A DNA stretch of 64,000 bases from an uncultured delta proteobacterium (GTDB lineage Bacteria; Desulfobacterota; Desulfomonilia; UBA1062). The stretch spans positions 320,001-384,000 of the forward strand of contig CAWCTR010000004.1 of the NCBI GenBank assembly GCA_963798485.1, written 5' to 3'. Below the pieces are notes generated by a model. That model did not search any database and was not told the DNA's origin. It saw only the letters and a program-made list of their open reading frames with translations. Positions 46,365-57,057 of the stretch are shown piece after piece. The translations under genes were made by a program, and so were the position numbers. Every line of letters starts with the position of its first letter. Positions within the stretch are counted from its first letter, which is position 1.

Positions 46365-49115
46365 ATGGACCCCCAAATTTTATTTACACAGGCACAACAG
46401 CCACGCCAGCCGTATAAGGGGGGTCGGGGCCTCCTGATATTTATCATCATATTGGGCCTGATAATCCTTTCCTGGCAGTCCGTGGGGTTGATTACGGACT
46501 GGTTCTGGTTCCAGGAAGTGGGTTATGAACAAGTTTTTACTATAACGCTTATGGCCCAGCTTCTCATGGCGCTCCTTTTTGGTGGAACTTTTTTCCTGAT
46601 ATTCTATACCAATCTGAATCTGGCCAGCCGCTTGCCCGAACGTATGCAAATCATCTACCGCCAAGGCGCCATTACTTCGCCACCTTTCGAAATTGATACA
46701 CGCTTGCTTAAGAGGATCATCCTGATCGCCTCATTGATCTTGAGCCTTTTTGCTGCCCAACTGGCCAGTGCGGGGTGGGAGCAACCCTTACGGTTTATCA
46801 AGGCCACTCCTTTCGGGATCAAAGACCCCCTGTTCGATCGCGATATCGGTTTTTATGTCTTTCAACTGCCATTCCTGCATCAGGTCTATGGCTACTTGAT
46901 GGCGGTTCTGATGATTACGACCCTGGCAACAGGCCTTATCTACCTCTTGCGCCGTGCACTTCTGTTTATCCCGCCCAAAACCTTGCAACTTGCTGCGGCC
47001 GCTCGCACGCACCTGTTGGTCTTGCTCGCGGCGCTCTTCCTGGCGGCCGCGTTTGGCTTCTGGCTGGATCTGGCGGATATCCTCTATGTAAAACGTGGCG
47101 TGGTTTTCGGCCCCGGCTATACGGATGTGACAACGCAGTTGGGTGTTCTGCGGCTGCTCATAGTTCTATGCCCACTGGTGGCGGCTTCGCTGCTATTTTA
47201 TATCTTCAATCGTTCCTGGCGTATTCCGGCGGTGTTGATCGTGTTTTTCCTGGCAGTACTGATAGTAGGTCGTGGGGCTTATCCCGCCTTTGTCCAGAGC
47301 TTCAAGGTGGTTCCCAACGAGATGGTATTGGAAAAGCCCTATCTAGAACGAAACATCAAATACACCCGCCTGGCATATCGTCTTTACAATATTGAAGACC
47401 GAATGTTCCCGGCTGATGAAAATCTGACCAAGGAAGATCTGAAGCGCAACGCTCCGACGGTGAAGAATATCCGGCTCTGGAATCATGCCCCGTTGCTCCA
47501 GACGTTCGCCCAGATTCAAGAGATCCGAACCTATTACAAATTCATCGATGTGGATAACGACCGCTATACTATAGGAGGCGACTACCGACAGGTGATGCTC
47601 TCTCCTCGCGAGATCTTGTACGCCGCACTGCCGTCTCGCACATGGGTGAATGAACACCTCACCTATACGCACGGGTACGGTGCCGTCATGGGACCAGTGA
47701 ACCGCGTCACGAGCGAAGGCCTGCCGGAATTTTTTATCAAAGATATCCCACCGGTGGCCTCCACGAATATCAAGATCACTCGCCCTGAAATCTATTTCGG
47801 CGAACAATCCAATGAGTACGTCTTTGTGAAGGCCAAGCGTCCGGAGTTCGATTACCCTATCGGCGATAAGAATGTCTATTCACGCTATGCGGGCAAGGGT
47901 GGTGTTCCCCTGTCCTTCTTGCGCAAGATACTTTATGCCGTGCGTTTCGGCGCTTTCACCATCATGCTTTCGAATGATATTACGTCCGAGAGCCGTGTCA
48001 TGTACTACCGCAATATCAAGGAGCGGGTCGGTCGTGTCGCGCCCTTTGTGCATTTCGACTCCGATGCCTATCTGGTTATCTCTGAGCAGGGGCGGCTTCT
48101 GTGGATTGTTGACGGTTATACGATTACCGATCGCTTCCCCTACTCGGAGCCAACCCCGCAGATCGGTAATTATATCCGTAATTCCGTCAAAGCTGTGGTA
48201 GATGCTTATGACGGATCGGTGACCCTCTATGCCAGTGACAACGAGGATCCTATTCTGAAAACCTATACCAAGATCTTTCCGGGTATTTTCAAGCCGCTGA
48301 CCGACATGCCCGTGGAGCTTAAGCGTCATGTGCGCTATCCACCGGGCATGCTTGCCATTCAGGCCCGCATGTACCTCACTTATCACATGCAGGACCCTCA
48401 GGTTTTCTACAACAAGGAAGATCTCTGGGCCATACCAACCAAGGCCGTGCCGGGCGGTGAACAGCAGATGGAGCCCTATTACACGATCATGAAACTTCCT
48501 GAGGAACACGCTGAAGAATTTATCCTGATGCTGCCCTTTACTCCGCGTAACAAGGACAACATGTCGGCTTGGATGGCCGCGCGCTGTGATGCACCCAATT
48601 ATGGCAAGGTCATTGTCTATAACTTCCCCAAGCAGAAACTGGTGTATGGTCCGAGCCAGATCGAGGCCCGTATCGATCAGGAAACAGAGATCTCCAAACA
48701 ACTCACACTCTGGAATCAGGGCGGCTCACAAGTGATCCGCGGCAGCCTTCTGGCGATTCCTATTGAAAAATCAATCTTGTATGTAGAGTCGCTCTACCTG
48801 GCGGCGGAAAAAGGACAGTTGCCGGAACTCAAACGAGTGATCGTGGCCTATGGCAACGCCATTGCCATGGAGCAAAATCTAGATCTTGCCCTGCAGAAAC
48901 TCTTCGGTGGTGAAGCCGAGCAAGAGCAGGAAACCGAGGCAACACCAACAATCACCACAACAGGTCAGGTACAGACCGACCGCCAGATGGCCATTGAGGC
49001 TCTATCCCATTACCGCAAGTCTCAGGAATTTCTGCGCCAGGGAAACTGGGCCGGTTATGGGGAAGAACTCAAGAAGATGGAGGATATGTTACGCGCTATT
49101 GAAAACAAAAAGTAG
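46365..49115 (+). CDS. UPF0182 family membrane protein
   Basis: DWFWFQEVGY, DPLFDRDIGFYVFQLP, NIRLW, YTHGYG, PEIYFGE, YIRNSVK, PELKRVIV; AAGGAG RBS before MDPQ. Confidence 0.92.
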   Translation: MDPQILFTQAQQPRQPYKGGRGLLIFIIILGLIILSWQSVGLITDWFWFQEVGYEQVFTITLMAQLLMALLFGGTFFLIFYTNLNLASRLPERMQIIYRQGAITSPPFEIDTRLLKRIILIASLILSLFAAQLASAGWEQPLRFIKATPFGIKDPLFDRDIGFYVFQLPFLHQVYGYLMAVLMITTLATGLIYLLRRALLFIPPKTLQLAAAARTHLLVLLAALFLAAAFGFWLDLADILYVKRGVVFGPGYTDVTTQLGVLRLLIVLCPLVAASLLFYIFNRSWRIPAVLIVFFLAVLIVGRGAYPAFVQSFKVVPNEMVLEKPYLERNIKYTRLAYRLYNIEDRMFPADENLTKEDLKRNAPTVKNIRLWNHAPLLQTFAQIQEIRTYYKFIDVDNDRYTIGGDYRQVMLSPREILYAALPSRTWVNEHLTYTHGYGAVMGPVNRVTSEGLPEFFIKDIPPVASTNIKITRPEIYFGEQSNEYVFVKAKRPEFDYPIGDKNVYSRYAGKGGVPLSFLRKILYAVRFGAFTIMLSNDITSESRVMYYRNIKERVGRVAPFVHFDSDAYLVISEQGRLLWIVDGYTITDRFPYSEPTPQIGNYIRNSVKAVVDAYDGSVTLYASDNEDPILKTYTKIFPGIFKPLTDMPVELKRHVRYPPGMLAIQARMYLTYHMQDPQVFYNKEDLWAIPTKAVPGGEQQMEPYYTIMKLPEEHAEEFILMLPFTPRNKDNMSAWMAARCDAPNYGKVIVYNFPKQKLVYGPSQIEARIDQETEISKQLTLWNQGGSQVIRGSLLAIPIEKSILYVESLYLAAEKGQLPELKRVIVAYGNAIAMEQNLDLALQKLFGGEAEQEQETEATPTITTTGQVQTDRQMAIEALSHYRKSQEFLRQGNWAGYGEELKKMEDMLRAIENKK

Positions 49116-49230
49116 GGTGGCTTATTTTGCCAAAGTCACTTTGTTTAAGTACCTGAGGAGGATAGAGCTCAGAAGGTGCAGCGTAAACGAATTAGCGCAG
49201 GAATTTACACTTATTCTTTATAAAAAGATC

Positions 49231-51429
49231 TTAATGATTTTTTATCAATTCATTTATAAAAACGGTGTTTCTAATGCTAGCAAGATCAGGATCTTTCTTG
49301 ATCTGATCCCAATTATTAAACCCCTTATCAATAGCCTGTTTAAGCCAACTAATTGATTCATTAACTTTCTTCTGTTTAGCATAGATACAAGCGATCTTAT
49401 AATAGACTTCTGGATTTCCAGGCTGGAACTGCCTTATGCCCTGTAACATATCAAGTGCCTTTGCATACTCCTGACGGGTAGAATAAATGAGTGCTAACCC
49501 ATAGAGGGCCTTTGTGTAATCTGGTTTAATGGATAGCGCCTTTTGATATAGGAATGTTGCCTCATCGAGTTCCCCCAGCTGGCGGTGAAGATCAGCTAAT
49601 TGCTCATATAGGGCCTGATTCCTGGGTTGGGCCTCCAATTCCTGTTTGAGCATGGAAATTGATCCTTCAATCTTAGACTGGGCGATTTGTACATTGTCAA
49701 GGCTCCTATGTGCCTCAACATAATCAGGGTTTATCAGAATAGCTGCCTTGAAACAATCAGCGGCCTTTTTAAGATCTGCCTTATGAATGTAGGTATTTCC
49801 GAGATTGTTATAAACCACTGGCTGATATGGATCCAGTCGCAATGACTCAGCATATTGTTTGATTGCCTCATCTGTTTGGCCCGTCAACACAAGAAGAGCC
49901 CCTAATTCGTTATGGCTGGTTGGTAAGTAAGGATTAATTTGCAACCCTTCTAAATAGTACTCAATGGCCATGAGTGGTTCTCTCCTTTTTGTATATGCAC
50001 GACCAAGATCGAAATACACGTGAGAGAAATTCGGATTTAACAGCTGAGCCTTCTGAAACTCCCTGATCGCCCCCTCTACATCACCCCTATTATAATAAAG
50101 AACAATTCCAAGTTGGTCGTGCGCCACATAGTTGTTCTCGGTCACTTCTGTTGCATGCCTAAAAAGATTTTCCTCGTTCTTCCAAAAACCTACCTGGTTC
50201 CATGTAAGCACCATCAAAATGAGAATGACTCCAGAACCTGCAGTAATGATGATAGAGCGGTAGTATTTCCATCTTATAAGCAGGTCAGGGATTCCCCAAG
50301 ATAGAGCTATAAATATACCTATGTACGTGAGGTATGCATATCGATCCGCCATCTCAGGCCATGAGCCTCCCTGAACAAAGCCAAGGACTGGAACAAGGCC
50401 CACCAGGAACCAGAGCCAACCCACGAGACAATACGGACACTTGAATATGGCCCTCATAGCGAGTATACTTATCAGCATAAGCACAAGGCCTGCGCCTATT
50501 ACATGCCACCAGGGGATCATGGTCGGGTATGGATAGAAAATGGCCATGTCATGCGGCCAGAACAATTTCCCCAAGTATTTCAAAGTGGAGACAATCGCAT
50601 TTGAAATTCGAAGACTTATAGGTACAATTTCTGGGCTATAGAGGGGCATTAGCTTGGTGGCTTTAAGGGGAATGCTTGCGAAGGCCACGAATGATAGAAT
50701 CAGGAATGGAACCTTCTCCAAGAGAAGTCGGGTGAAGGATACATCCAGGGTCTTAAGCCCCAAAGCCTTTCCATTATCTCCTTTCCTCTCTACGTGAATC
50801 CTCTTGAGCGGCCAGAGATCTAATAGGATCAACATGAATGGGAGGGTCATAAGAATGGGCTTGGCAAGCAAACCAAGCTCGAATAAGAGTAAGGCAAGGA
50901 TATATCTCTTCCAAGTTGTGTGCTCCGTGTAGAACTTGTATGCCAATAGTGTCAGCATAAAGAAAAGACCGCTCAATACATTGTTCAACTCGGCAACCCA
51001 TGCAACCGACTCCACGTTCATGGGATGGAGTGCGAACAAAGCCCCGACAAATGCGCTCTTCCAGAACTCACCTGTCATTCTCTTCAATACGGAAAAGAGC
51101 AGTAAACTGTTTGCGATATGAAGGATGAGGCTCATTACATGGAAAAAACCTGGATTTAATCCGAACATGGCATGGCCTGCTGTGTAAACAATCCCTGTAA
51201 GCGGCCAGCAAATCGAATCAAGCCCAAAAGACCAAAGGATATTTTTCCACGTGAGCCCTGAAAGAACATGGCTATTATAAATAAGTTGCCGTTGGTCATC
51301 AAAGGAAATAAAGTCATGACCTATGATATGGTAATAGACAATAATGGCGGATAAAATAAGGAAGAGATAATAAATGAAATCTCTATATAAAATATTAAAC
51401 TTATGAATTACTGTTCCCACCTTAATCAT
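49231..51429 (-). CDS. TMTC-like GT-C glycosyltransferase with C-terminal TPR repeats
   Basis: FDD luminal motif, LFALHPMNVESVAW, LLAKP, ADRYAY; multi-TM N-terminal half followed by TPRs. Confidence 0.85.
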   Translation of the reverse strand: MIKVGTVIHKFNILYRDFIYYLFLILSAIIVYYHIIGHDFISFDDQRQLIYNSHVLSGLTWKNILWSFGLDSICWPLTGIVYTAGHAMFGLNPGFFHVMSLILHIANSLLLFSVLKRMTGEFWKSAFVGALFALHPMNVESVAWVAELNNVLSGLFFMLTLLAYKFYTEHTTWKRYILALLLFELGLLAKPILMTLPFMLILLDLWPLKRIHVERKGDNGKALGLKTLDVSFTRLLLEKVPFLILSFVAFASIPLKATKLMPLYSPEIVPISLRISNAIVSTLKYLGKLFWPHDMAIFYPYPTMIPWWHVIGAGLVLMLISILAMRAIFKCPYCLVGWLWFLVGLVPVLGFVQGGSWPEMADRYAYLTYIGIFIALSWGIPDLLIRWKYYRSIIITAGSGVILILMVLTWNQVGFWKNEENLFRHATEVTENNYVAHDQLGIVLYYNRGDVEGAIREFQKAQLLNPNFSHVYFDLGRAYTKRREPLMAIEYYLEGLQINPYLPTSHNELGALLVLTGQTDEAIKQYAESLRLDPYQPVVYNNLGNTYIHKADLKKAADCFKAAILINPDYVEAHRSLDNVQIAQSKIEGSISMLKQELEAQPRNQALYEQLADLHRQLGELDEATFLYQKALSIKPDYTKALYGLALIYSTRQEYAKALDMLQGIRQFQPGNPEVYYKIACIYAKQKKVNESISWLKQAIDKGFNNWDQIKKDPDLASIRNTVFINELIKNH

Positions 51430-51684
51430 ATTATTTATAGCAGATGTGGTTGTTTATCAAGTTGTACTTAACAAACACCTCTTGTACCAAATTATTGTAC
51501 TAAATTTTATATCGAATGAATTTGGGGGAGAAGATTAAAGGAAGAAGTGAAGATTTTGTGCCAAACTGTGATATTTGAAATAAGATGCCCTATGTGTAGC
51601 TTTCGTGATGCGCCAGAGAAGCTTGGCTTGAAGGGAGAGGAGGTGAGAGATCACATAACGGGTATCTCCTTGAATATCTCCAGC

Positions 51685-52352
51685 CTAGCCCTTGATCCTT
51701 ACGATCTCGTCCACGGGCCTGCGGGTGGTTCTGAATGTGTTTTGCGGAGTGGCAGAATCAATATGGCCGATTGCTATGCCGATGCACACGGCCAGATTCT
51801 CAGGGACACCAAGTTCCTGGCGGACCAAATCGGGATACGATGCCAGCTGGACCGCCACTGCTGTGCCCAACCCGTACTCGCAGGCGAGGAGCATGATGCT
51901 CTGCGATATTGAGCCCAGGTCGAAAAGGGACCAGGGTGTTAAGGAGCGGTCCATGCAGAGGAAGATGACTGAAGGCGCATCGAAAAAGGAAAAGTTGCGC
52001 ACCATAAGGGAGCGCATGTCCTTCTGGTCATCACGATCAAGTCCCAGGAAATCGGCGCGGTCATTCCTCAATTTTTCGTATCGTTCCTTGAGCGCCTGAG
52101 GCCAGTCCTTCGGAAGCGGCCTGGAGATGTCTGGGTTTACAGGCACATCATGAGCGAATCTCTCAGAATAGGCTTTTCGCAGCCTGTCAGATGACTTGCC
52201 GCTGGCCACGAATATCTCCCAGGGCTGTGTGTTCCCCAAGAAGGGGCCTTAAGCGCAGCCTCCATGATCGTAAGTATCGTATTTTTGTCCACAGGCTCAG
52301 AGGTAAAGGCACGGCATGTAAAGCGTGATTTCATGGCATCTATTACGTTCAT
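51685..52352 (-). pseudogene. Nitroreductase family, single frameshift in a G-run near 52235
   Basis: SRFTCRAF...APSWG in one frame and GNTQPW...FFDAP...GLGT in the next. Confidence 0.8.
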
Positions 52353-52764
52353 ATATTCCTCCCGAAGGTTTTCATTTATTATAATGAGATAAAAAATAAA
52401 ATCAGCTGTAATTTGCGCAGAGCTCTATCCGTTTCATACTGCAAAGGAGTGGTTATATACCTTCAGGATACAAGAACCTTTGTACATACCACTTTTTGCC
52501 TCTGACTGGATCTCTACTCCCAGGAATAGGGCATAAAAAGTACCGATATTGAAACATAATCTTTACTCGTCGATGAACGAGATGAAGTAACGATTACTAT
52601 AAGATATCTAAGTTCTAAAAAGATTCCAAGTTGCATCACCTGCATGCCAATATTGCAGCTAGCTAAAGTGTTTTATTTGTAAGCGACTTTTTAACCCCAT
52701 GTTGACAGAGAATTAAAAATCTGGGTGAAAAAATACCTGCAGTGGGCGTCTGAAAGTTTACCAC

Positions 52765-54342
52765 TTACGAGTTTATCGCGAGAATAGTCGGATCAATATT
52801 CTGAGGCATCAACGCCTTGTACTCTTCTGCGGTGTAAGCGAAGGGAAGACGCTCGAACAGATGCCTCAGGTACATGTACGGCTCAAGACCATTGGCCTTG
52901 GCTGTCTCTATAAGGGAATATAGAATGGCACTGGCCTTCGCACCTTCCGGGTTTCCGGAAAACAGCCAGTTACGCCTTCCAACCGCAAACGGCCTGATAG
53001 CATTCTCTACCAGGTTGTTATCTGGCGTAATAATACCATTATCGATATATTTGATCAAACGGTCCCATTGGCCAAGGGTATAGGCCACCGCCTTGCCCAC
53101 CAGCCCCTTGGGTGGAGTCTGCAATTTCTTCTTGTCGAGCCAGGCCTTGAAGTCATCCAGAATCGGCTTTGCCTTCTGCTGCCTCAGCTGGCACAGATCC
53201 TCAGGCCCAAGCTCCTGTATCCGGGCATCCTTCTCTATTTTGTATAGATTCCGTATGTATTCGATGGCTACATCAGCGCTTCCCGCCTTGCGGTTCTTCC
53301 CTTGAGCCTTGATGACATCCATGAACTTCCGCCTGACGTGCGCCCAGCACCCCACATGCACCACCCCAGGCTGCTCGTCCAGAAAATTATACCCAGCATA
53401 CCCGTCGGTCTGAACATAGCCCTTATAACCTTCGAGATACTTCTCCGCCACCTCCCCGGCCCGGGTCGGATGATATTGATATATCAATACGGGTTTCTTG
53501 GGTGGTCCTCCACGGGCTACCCACATGTAAGACTTCGTCTGGTTCGGCCGGTCTTGTTCTCCCAACACCTGCACCGTGGTCTCATCAAGGTTGATCAGTG
53601 GACCTGAGAGCATCTCTGTGTGCAGCATATCCATGAGCGGAGTGCTCTGCTCGGCCACCTTCATGGCCCAGGATGACATGCTCGTCCGGTTTATCTCTAC
53701 GCCAAGCCTCTCGAACTGCTTCTCCTGCCGGTAAAACGGCATCGCATCCACAAACTTCGCTGTGAATATATGGGCCAAAAGTCCAGGGGTCGCTATGCTC
53801 TTCGGTATGATCTGCTCCGGGACAGGAGCGATCTGTACTGCCGGGCCTTCACTCTCCGTTCCCCCGCATCCCTTGCAGGCGTACTTGTACCGAATGTTGA
53901 CTATTACCTGCACCTTCGCGGGGATGATATCGAGCTGCTCGGATCTCTCCTCTCCGATACGGACCTTCTCAAGTCCGCATCTGCATATCTTGTCCTCGTC
54001 TTTCAGATCGTGGATTACTTCTACTCTCGGCAGGTCTGCCGGCAGTGGCTTCCGCCCACTCTTCTTCCTCGTGTGCGCTGGAACCTCAACTACCTCTTCC
54101 TTCTTAGCGCTCTTCTCTTCCGCCTCACCTGCCGGCTCATCGAAGAGGATCTCCTGGATCGCCCCTTCTGAAGAGGGCAGCTTCTCCGTCTTCCTCCCGT
54201 ACAGCTTCGACCTCATGAGCAGAAGCTGCTCCCTAAGCAGCTTGTTCTCTATCTCGTAATGGTGTTTCTCATCGGAAATAGATGCGATCATCCCCTTGAG
54301 TATTGGAATGTCATCAGGCAGGTTTTCGACTTCTAACTGCAT
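52765..54342 (-). CDS. tnpC: IS66 DDE transposase
   Basis: GRKPLPADLPR, Cys-rich region, DETTVQVL, TDGYAGY, CWAHVRRKF, DNNLVENAIR. Confidence 0.95.
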   Translation of the reverse strand: MQLEVENLPDDIPILKGMIASISDEKHHYEIENKLLREQLLLMRSKLYGRKTEKLPSSEGAIQEILFDEPAGEAEEKSAKKEEVVEVPAHTRKKSGRKPLPADLPRVEVIHDLKDEDKICRCGLEKVRIGEERSEQLDIIPAKVQVIVNIRYKYACKGCGGTESEGPAVQIAPVPEQIIPKSIATPGLLAHIFTAKFVDAMPFYRQEKQFERLGVEINRTSMSSWAMKVAEQSTPLMDMLHTEMLSGPLINLDETTVQVLGEQDRPNQTKSYMWVARGGPPKKPVLIYQYHPTRAGEVAEKYLEGYKGYVQTDGYAGYNFLDEQPGVVHVGCWAHVRRKFMDVIKAQGKNRKAGSADVAIEYIRNLYKIEKDARIQELGPEDLCQLRQQKAKPILDDFKAWLDKKKLQTPPKGLVGKAVAYTLGQWDRLIKYIDNGIITPDNNLVENAIRPFAVGRRNWLFSGNPEGAKASAILYSLIETAKANGLEPYMYLRHLFERLPFAYTAEEYKALMPQNIDPTILAINS

Positions 54343-54421
54343 GATGAATCATACCATAAGACGCTAATTTATCAATAAGAATCTTGTCTATTTTCCATAA
54401 ATAATGCACTTTCTAAAAGGC

Positions 54422-54775
54422 TTAAACCATGCTGTCGTAAGAAAGTTCCCTCCGAGCTCTCCGGGGTGGAAGACTCATCCCGTCTAGCAACCATAATAGC
54501 TCCCGGTGCGTAAGGTCCATTACCTCCTCACTCGACTCCGGCCAGCTGAATCTTCCCTTCTCCAGCCGCTTCTCCCACAGACAAAATCCGTTCCGGTCCC
54601 AATACAATACCTTCACGATGTCACGCTTCCGGTTGCAGAAGGCATACAGAGACCCGGATAAGGGATTGTGCTGCATCTGCTCCTCTACCAGGAGGGCCAG
54701 AGTGTTGATCGATTTTCGCATGTCCGTGATCCCCAGGGCCAGATAGACCTGCGCGTTCACAAACGAATGCATCAT
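54422..54775 (-). CDS. tnpB: IS66 accessory protein TnpB
   Basis: TDMRKSIN.L, FCNRKR, LYWDRNGF.LW.KRLE.GRF.WP. Confidence 0.93.
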   Translation of the reverse strand: MMHSFVNAQVYLALGITDMRKSINTLALLVEEQMQHNPLSGSLYAFCNRKRDIVKVLYWDRNGFCLWEKRLEKGRFSWPESSEEVMDLTHRELLWLLDGMSLPPRRARRELSYDSMV

Positions 54776-55110
54776 ACCCGGTCCAGCACCTGGATCACCC
54801 TGCCAAGGGTTGCCTGGTCAAATCCGGTTCCTATCTCAACCTTGTATTGCCCAACAATAAGAACCAGGGGCGTCGCAATTGATCCTGCCTGATGAACTCG
54901 GATCGGATGCATTCCAACCGGTACTAACTTCACTCCGGCTTCATGCTTCTCCTTGTGCTTCCTCTTCCAATAGTAAAATAGCTTGGGACTCAGTCCATTC
55001 TCACGGCAATACTCGGCCTGGCTCTTACCGCTTTCTTTCCATCTCTCTATATGCTTCGCCCACTTCTCACGCTTCTGTTTCTGCCAACTCGCATGCTCGT
55101 GCTCTCCCAT
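54772..55110 (-). CDS. tnpA: IS66 accessory protein TnpA
   Basis: W..SG.SQAEYCRE.GL....FYYWKRK HTH. Confidence 0.88.
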   Translation of the reverse strand: MGEHEHASWQKQKREKWAKHIERWKESGKSQAEYCRENGLSPKLFYYWKRKHKEKHEAGVKLVPVGMHPIRVHQAGSIATPLVLIVGQYKVEIGTGFDQATLGRVIQVLDRV

Positions 55111-55222
55111 GGCAATACCTCCTCGGTCATCACCATGGCATGTCGCTCTTGATATGGATAGATGCGGTTTCTCAGGCGCTTACTTTTATTTGATCAAATA
55201 ACAACTTATACAGATAACCGGA

Positions 55223-56173
55223 TTATTGAGGCCCTCCATGCTCCGCCCCGCTCCCCGGCTCAGGGGCAGGGCTCTTATCGTCGCCTGTCTCCGGGGTGGT
55301 GGTAGTGGGAAGGTTCGGGGTTTCAATTTTTGGGGTTGATTCGCCGGGTGCCTTGTCTTGAGGTGCCTCCCCGGAAGGAGGCTTAATGCCTGCCGTACTT
55401 GTCTCGCTGATGGGTGTCCCTGCCGTTACAACGGGCGCCGCCTCTTCCGGTGTTGTCATGACCTCATCAAATTCGGGTATCACGATGCCGCGGGCCACCA
55501 TGACCTGATAGATCCGCTCCGAGCGGTTCTGGACGTACCTGGAATCCCCGTTTACATGGTACACAATCGGGTTGGGAAGGACGGTGGCAAGCCGGGCCGC
55601 CTCTTGGGCGGTCAGCGACGATGCATGCTTCCCATAGTAGTGCTTGGCTGCGGCCTCAATGCCGAATATGCCATCACCCCATTCCGCCACATTGAGATAG
55701 ATCTCCACGATCCGTCTCTTTGACAGGGCATGTTCCATCCGCCAGGTAAGGATGGCCTCTTTGATCTTGCGGATGGGGTTTTTGGATGGGGAAAGGTAGA
55801 GGTTCTTGGCCAGCTGCTGGCTGATGGTGGAGCCCCCTGCCTTGAACTGCCTTTTTTTGATATCCTTTTCCAGGGCCTGCTGCATGGCCTCGAAATCAAA
55901 CCCTTCATGTTTCCAGAATTTGTCATCTTCTGCGATTATCACCGCCTTGATAAGGTACGGGGATATCCTCTTCAGGGGCACCCATTTCTGTACGATAGAC
56001 TTCCGGATACCCTCTTTGGCCCATTGTTTTTCACGGTATTCCATGAACGCAGTCTTCTGGGGAGTTTCTTTCTTTAGGGTCGAGACTCTAGGGTATACAA
56101 AACTCATCGCTATATCTGTCGCAAGCAGGGCAAGGAAAAGGACTGTTGAATAACCGATTAGCTTTTTCAGCAT
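55223..56173 (-). CDS. mtgA: Monofunctional peptidoglycan transglycosylase
   Basis: AEDDKFWKHEG, GGSTISQQLAKNL, RKIKE, KRRIVEIYLN; Pro/Thr-rich tail. Confidence 0.9.
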   Translation of the reverse strand: MLKKLIGYSTVLFLALLATDIAMSFVYPRVSTLKKETPQKTAFMEYREKQWAKEGIRKSIVQKWVPLKRISPYLIKAVIIAEDDKFWKHEGFDFEAMQQALEKDIKKRQFKAGGSTISQQLAKNLYLSPSKNPIRKIKEAILTWRMEHALSKRRIVEIYLNVAEWGDGIFGIEAAAKHYYGKHASSLTAQEAARLATVLPNPIVYHVNGDSRYVQNRSERIYQVMVARGIVIPEFDEVMTTPEEAAPVVTAGTPISETSTAGIKPPSGEAPQDKAPGESTPKIETPNLPTTTTPETGDDKSPAPEPGSGAEHGGPQ

Positions 56174-56176
56174 CGT

Positions 56177-56998
56177 TTAATACACCACGGCCGCGAGGTA
56201 ACCCACTACCGATGCGTTATCGCCGGTGATATTGCCTGAGTGGGCATAGCGAAGGACCTTGGCCGTTATCCTAGATGCCTGCTTCGAATAGAGTAGGGCC
56301 GCCAAGATGGGGCCGCCGCCGCAGGCCTCGCTGTAGGCCCTTTCAAGATCAAGGCTTAGGCCCGAGATATCAAATGCCTCAATGCGCTTGGCTACTTGCT
56401 GATCCATCTTTTCTGCCTTTATCGAGGAATGGAAGTGGGAGAGGTCAGAGCTCGCAACTATCAGGGTGTTATCAGGGTCTTTAATACTCTTATGGAGTGA
56501 TTCCGCCAGGGCCTCACATAAGGAGAGATCCTGCCTGCCCATGATGAGCGGACAGAGCTTGAATGGTTTAAGCACGCTCTGGAGGAAGGGGAGCTGGATC
56601 TCAAGTGCGTGCTCCTCGGTGTGGGGGTGGGTGTCATCCTGGATATCCCCGAATTTAAGGAGCCTGTCGCAGAGGTCTTCATCCACGTCGATCATGCCCA
56701 GCGGGGTTTCATAAGAACCCTTGGACCAGATAGAAATGAAGGGGAAGTATGCCCGGTGGGATGGACTGATGACTACGACGCTTGAGTAATCATATCCGGC
56801 AAGGGCCTTGTATGCATAAGCCGCCACTGGCCCGGAATACATATAGCCTGCATGGGGGGTGACAATGGCAATAGGCTTTTGGGGGATCTCAGGGATGAAT
56901 GCATCTTTCAGATACCGAGCGATATCCCTTTTCAAGGTGTCCTGATTGCCCGGATACCAGCTGCCTGCAATAACCGGTCTGCGCACAGGTCCTGTCAT
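56177..56998 (-). CDS. MEMO1 family protein (AmmeMemoRadiSam protein B)
   Basis: AGSWYP, PHAGYMYSG, EHALEIQLPF, ASSDLSH, ACGGGP, VVGY. Confidence 0.92.
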   Translation of the reverse strand: MTGPVRRPVIAGSWYPGNQDTLKRDIARYLKDAFIPEIPQKPIAIVTPHAGYMYSGPVAAYAYKALAGYDYSSVVVISPSHRAYFPFISIWSKGSYETPLGMIDVDEDLCDRLLKFGDIQDDTHPHTEEHALEIQLPFLQSVLKPFKLCPLIMGRQDLSLCEALAESLHKSIKDPDNTLIVASSDLSHFHSSIKAEKMDQQVAKRIEAFDISGLSLDLERAYSEACGGGPILAALLYSKQASRITAKVLRYAHSGNITGDNASVVGYLAAVVY

Positions 56999-57057
56999 AA
57001 AATCCCTCCTTGATCCCTTCAGTGCCTGTTTGGCGGCCCCAGGAACCTACATTAAAA

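Larger units (their letters stand above)
52679..55183 (-). mobile_element. IS66-family insertion sequence, complete
   Basis: Terminal IRs GTAAGCG.C.....AACC.CAT at both ends; 8-bp TSD TTTTATTT (52671-52678 and 55184-55191); tnpA-tnpB-tnpC. Confidence 0.95.
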
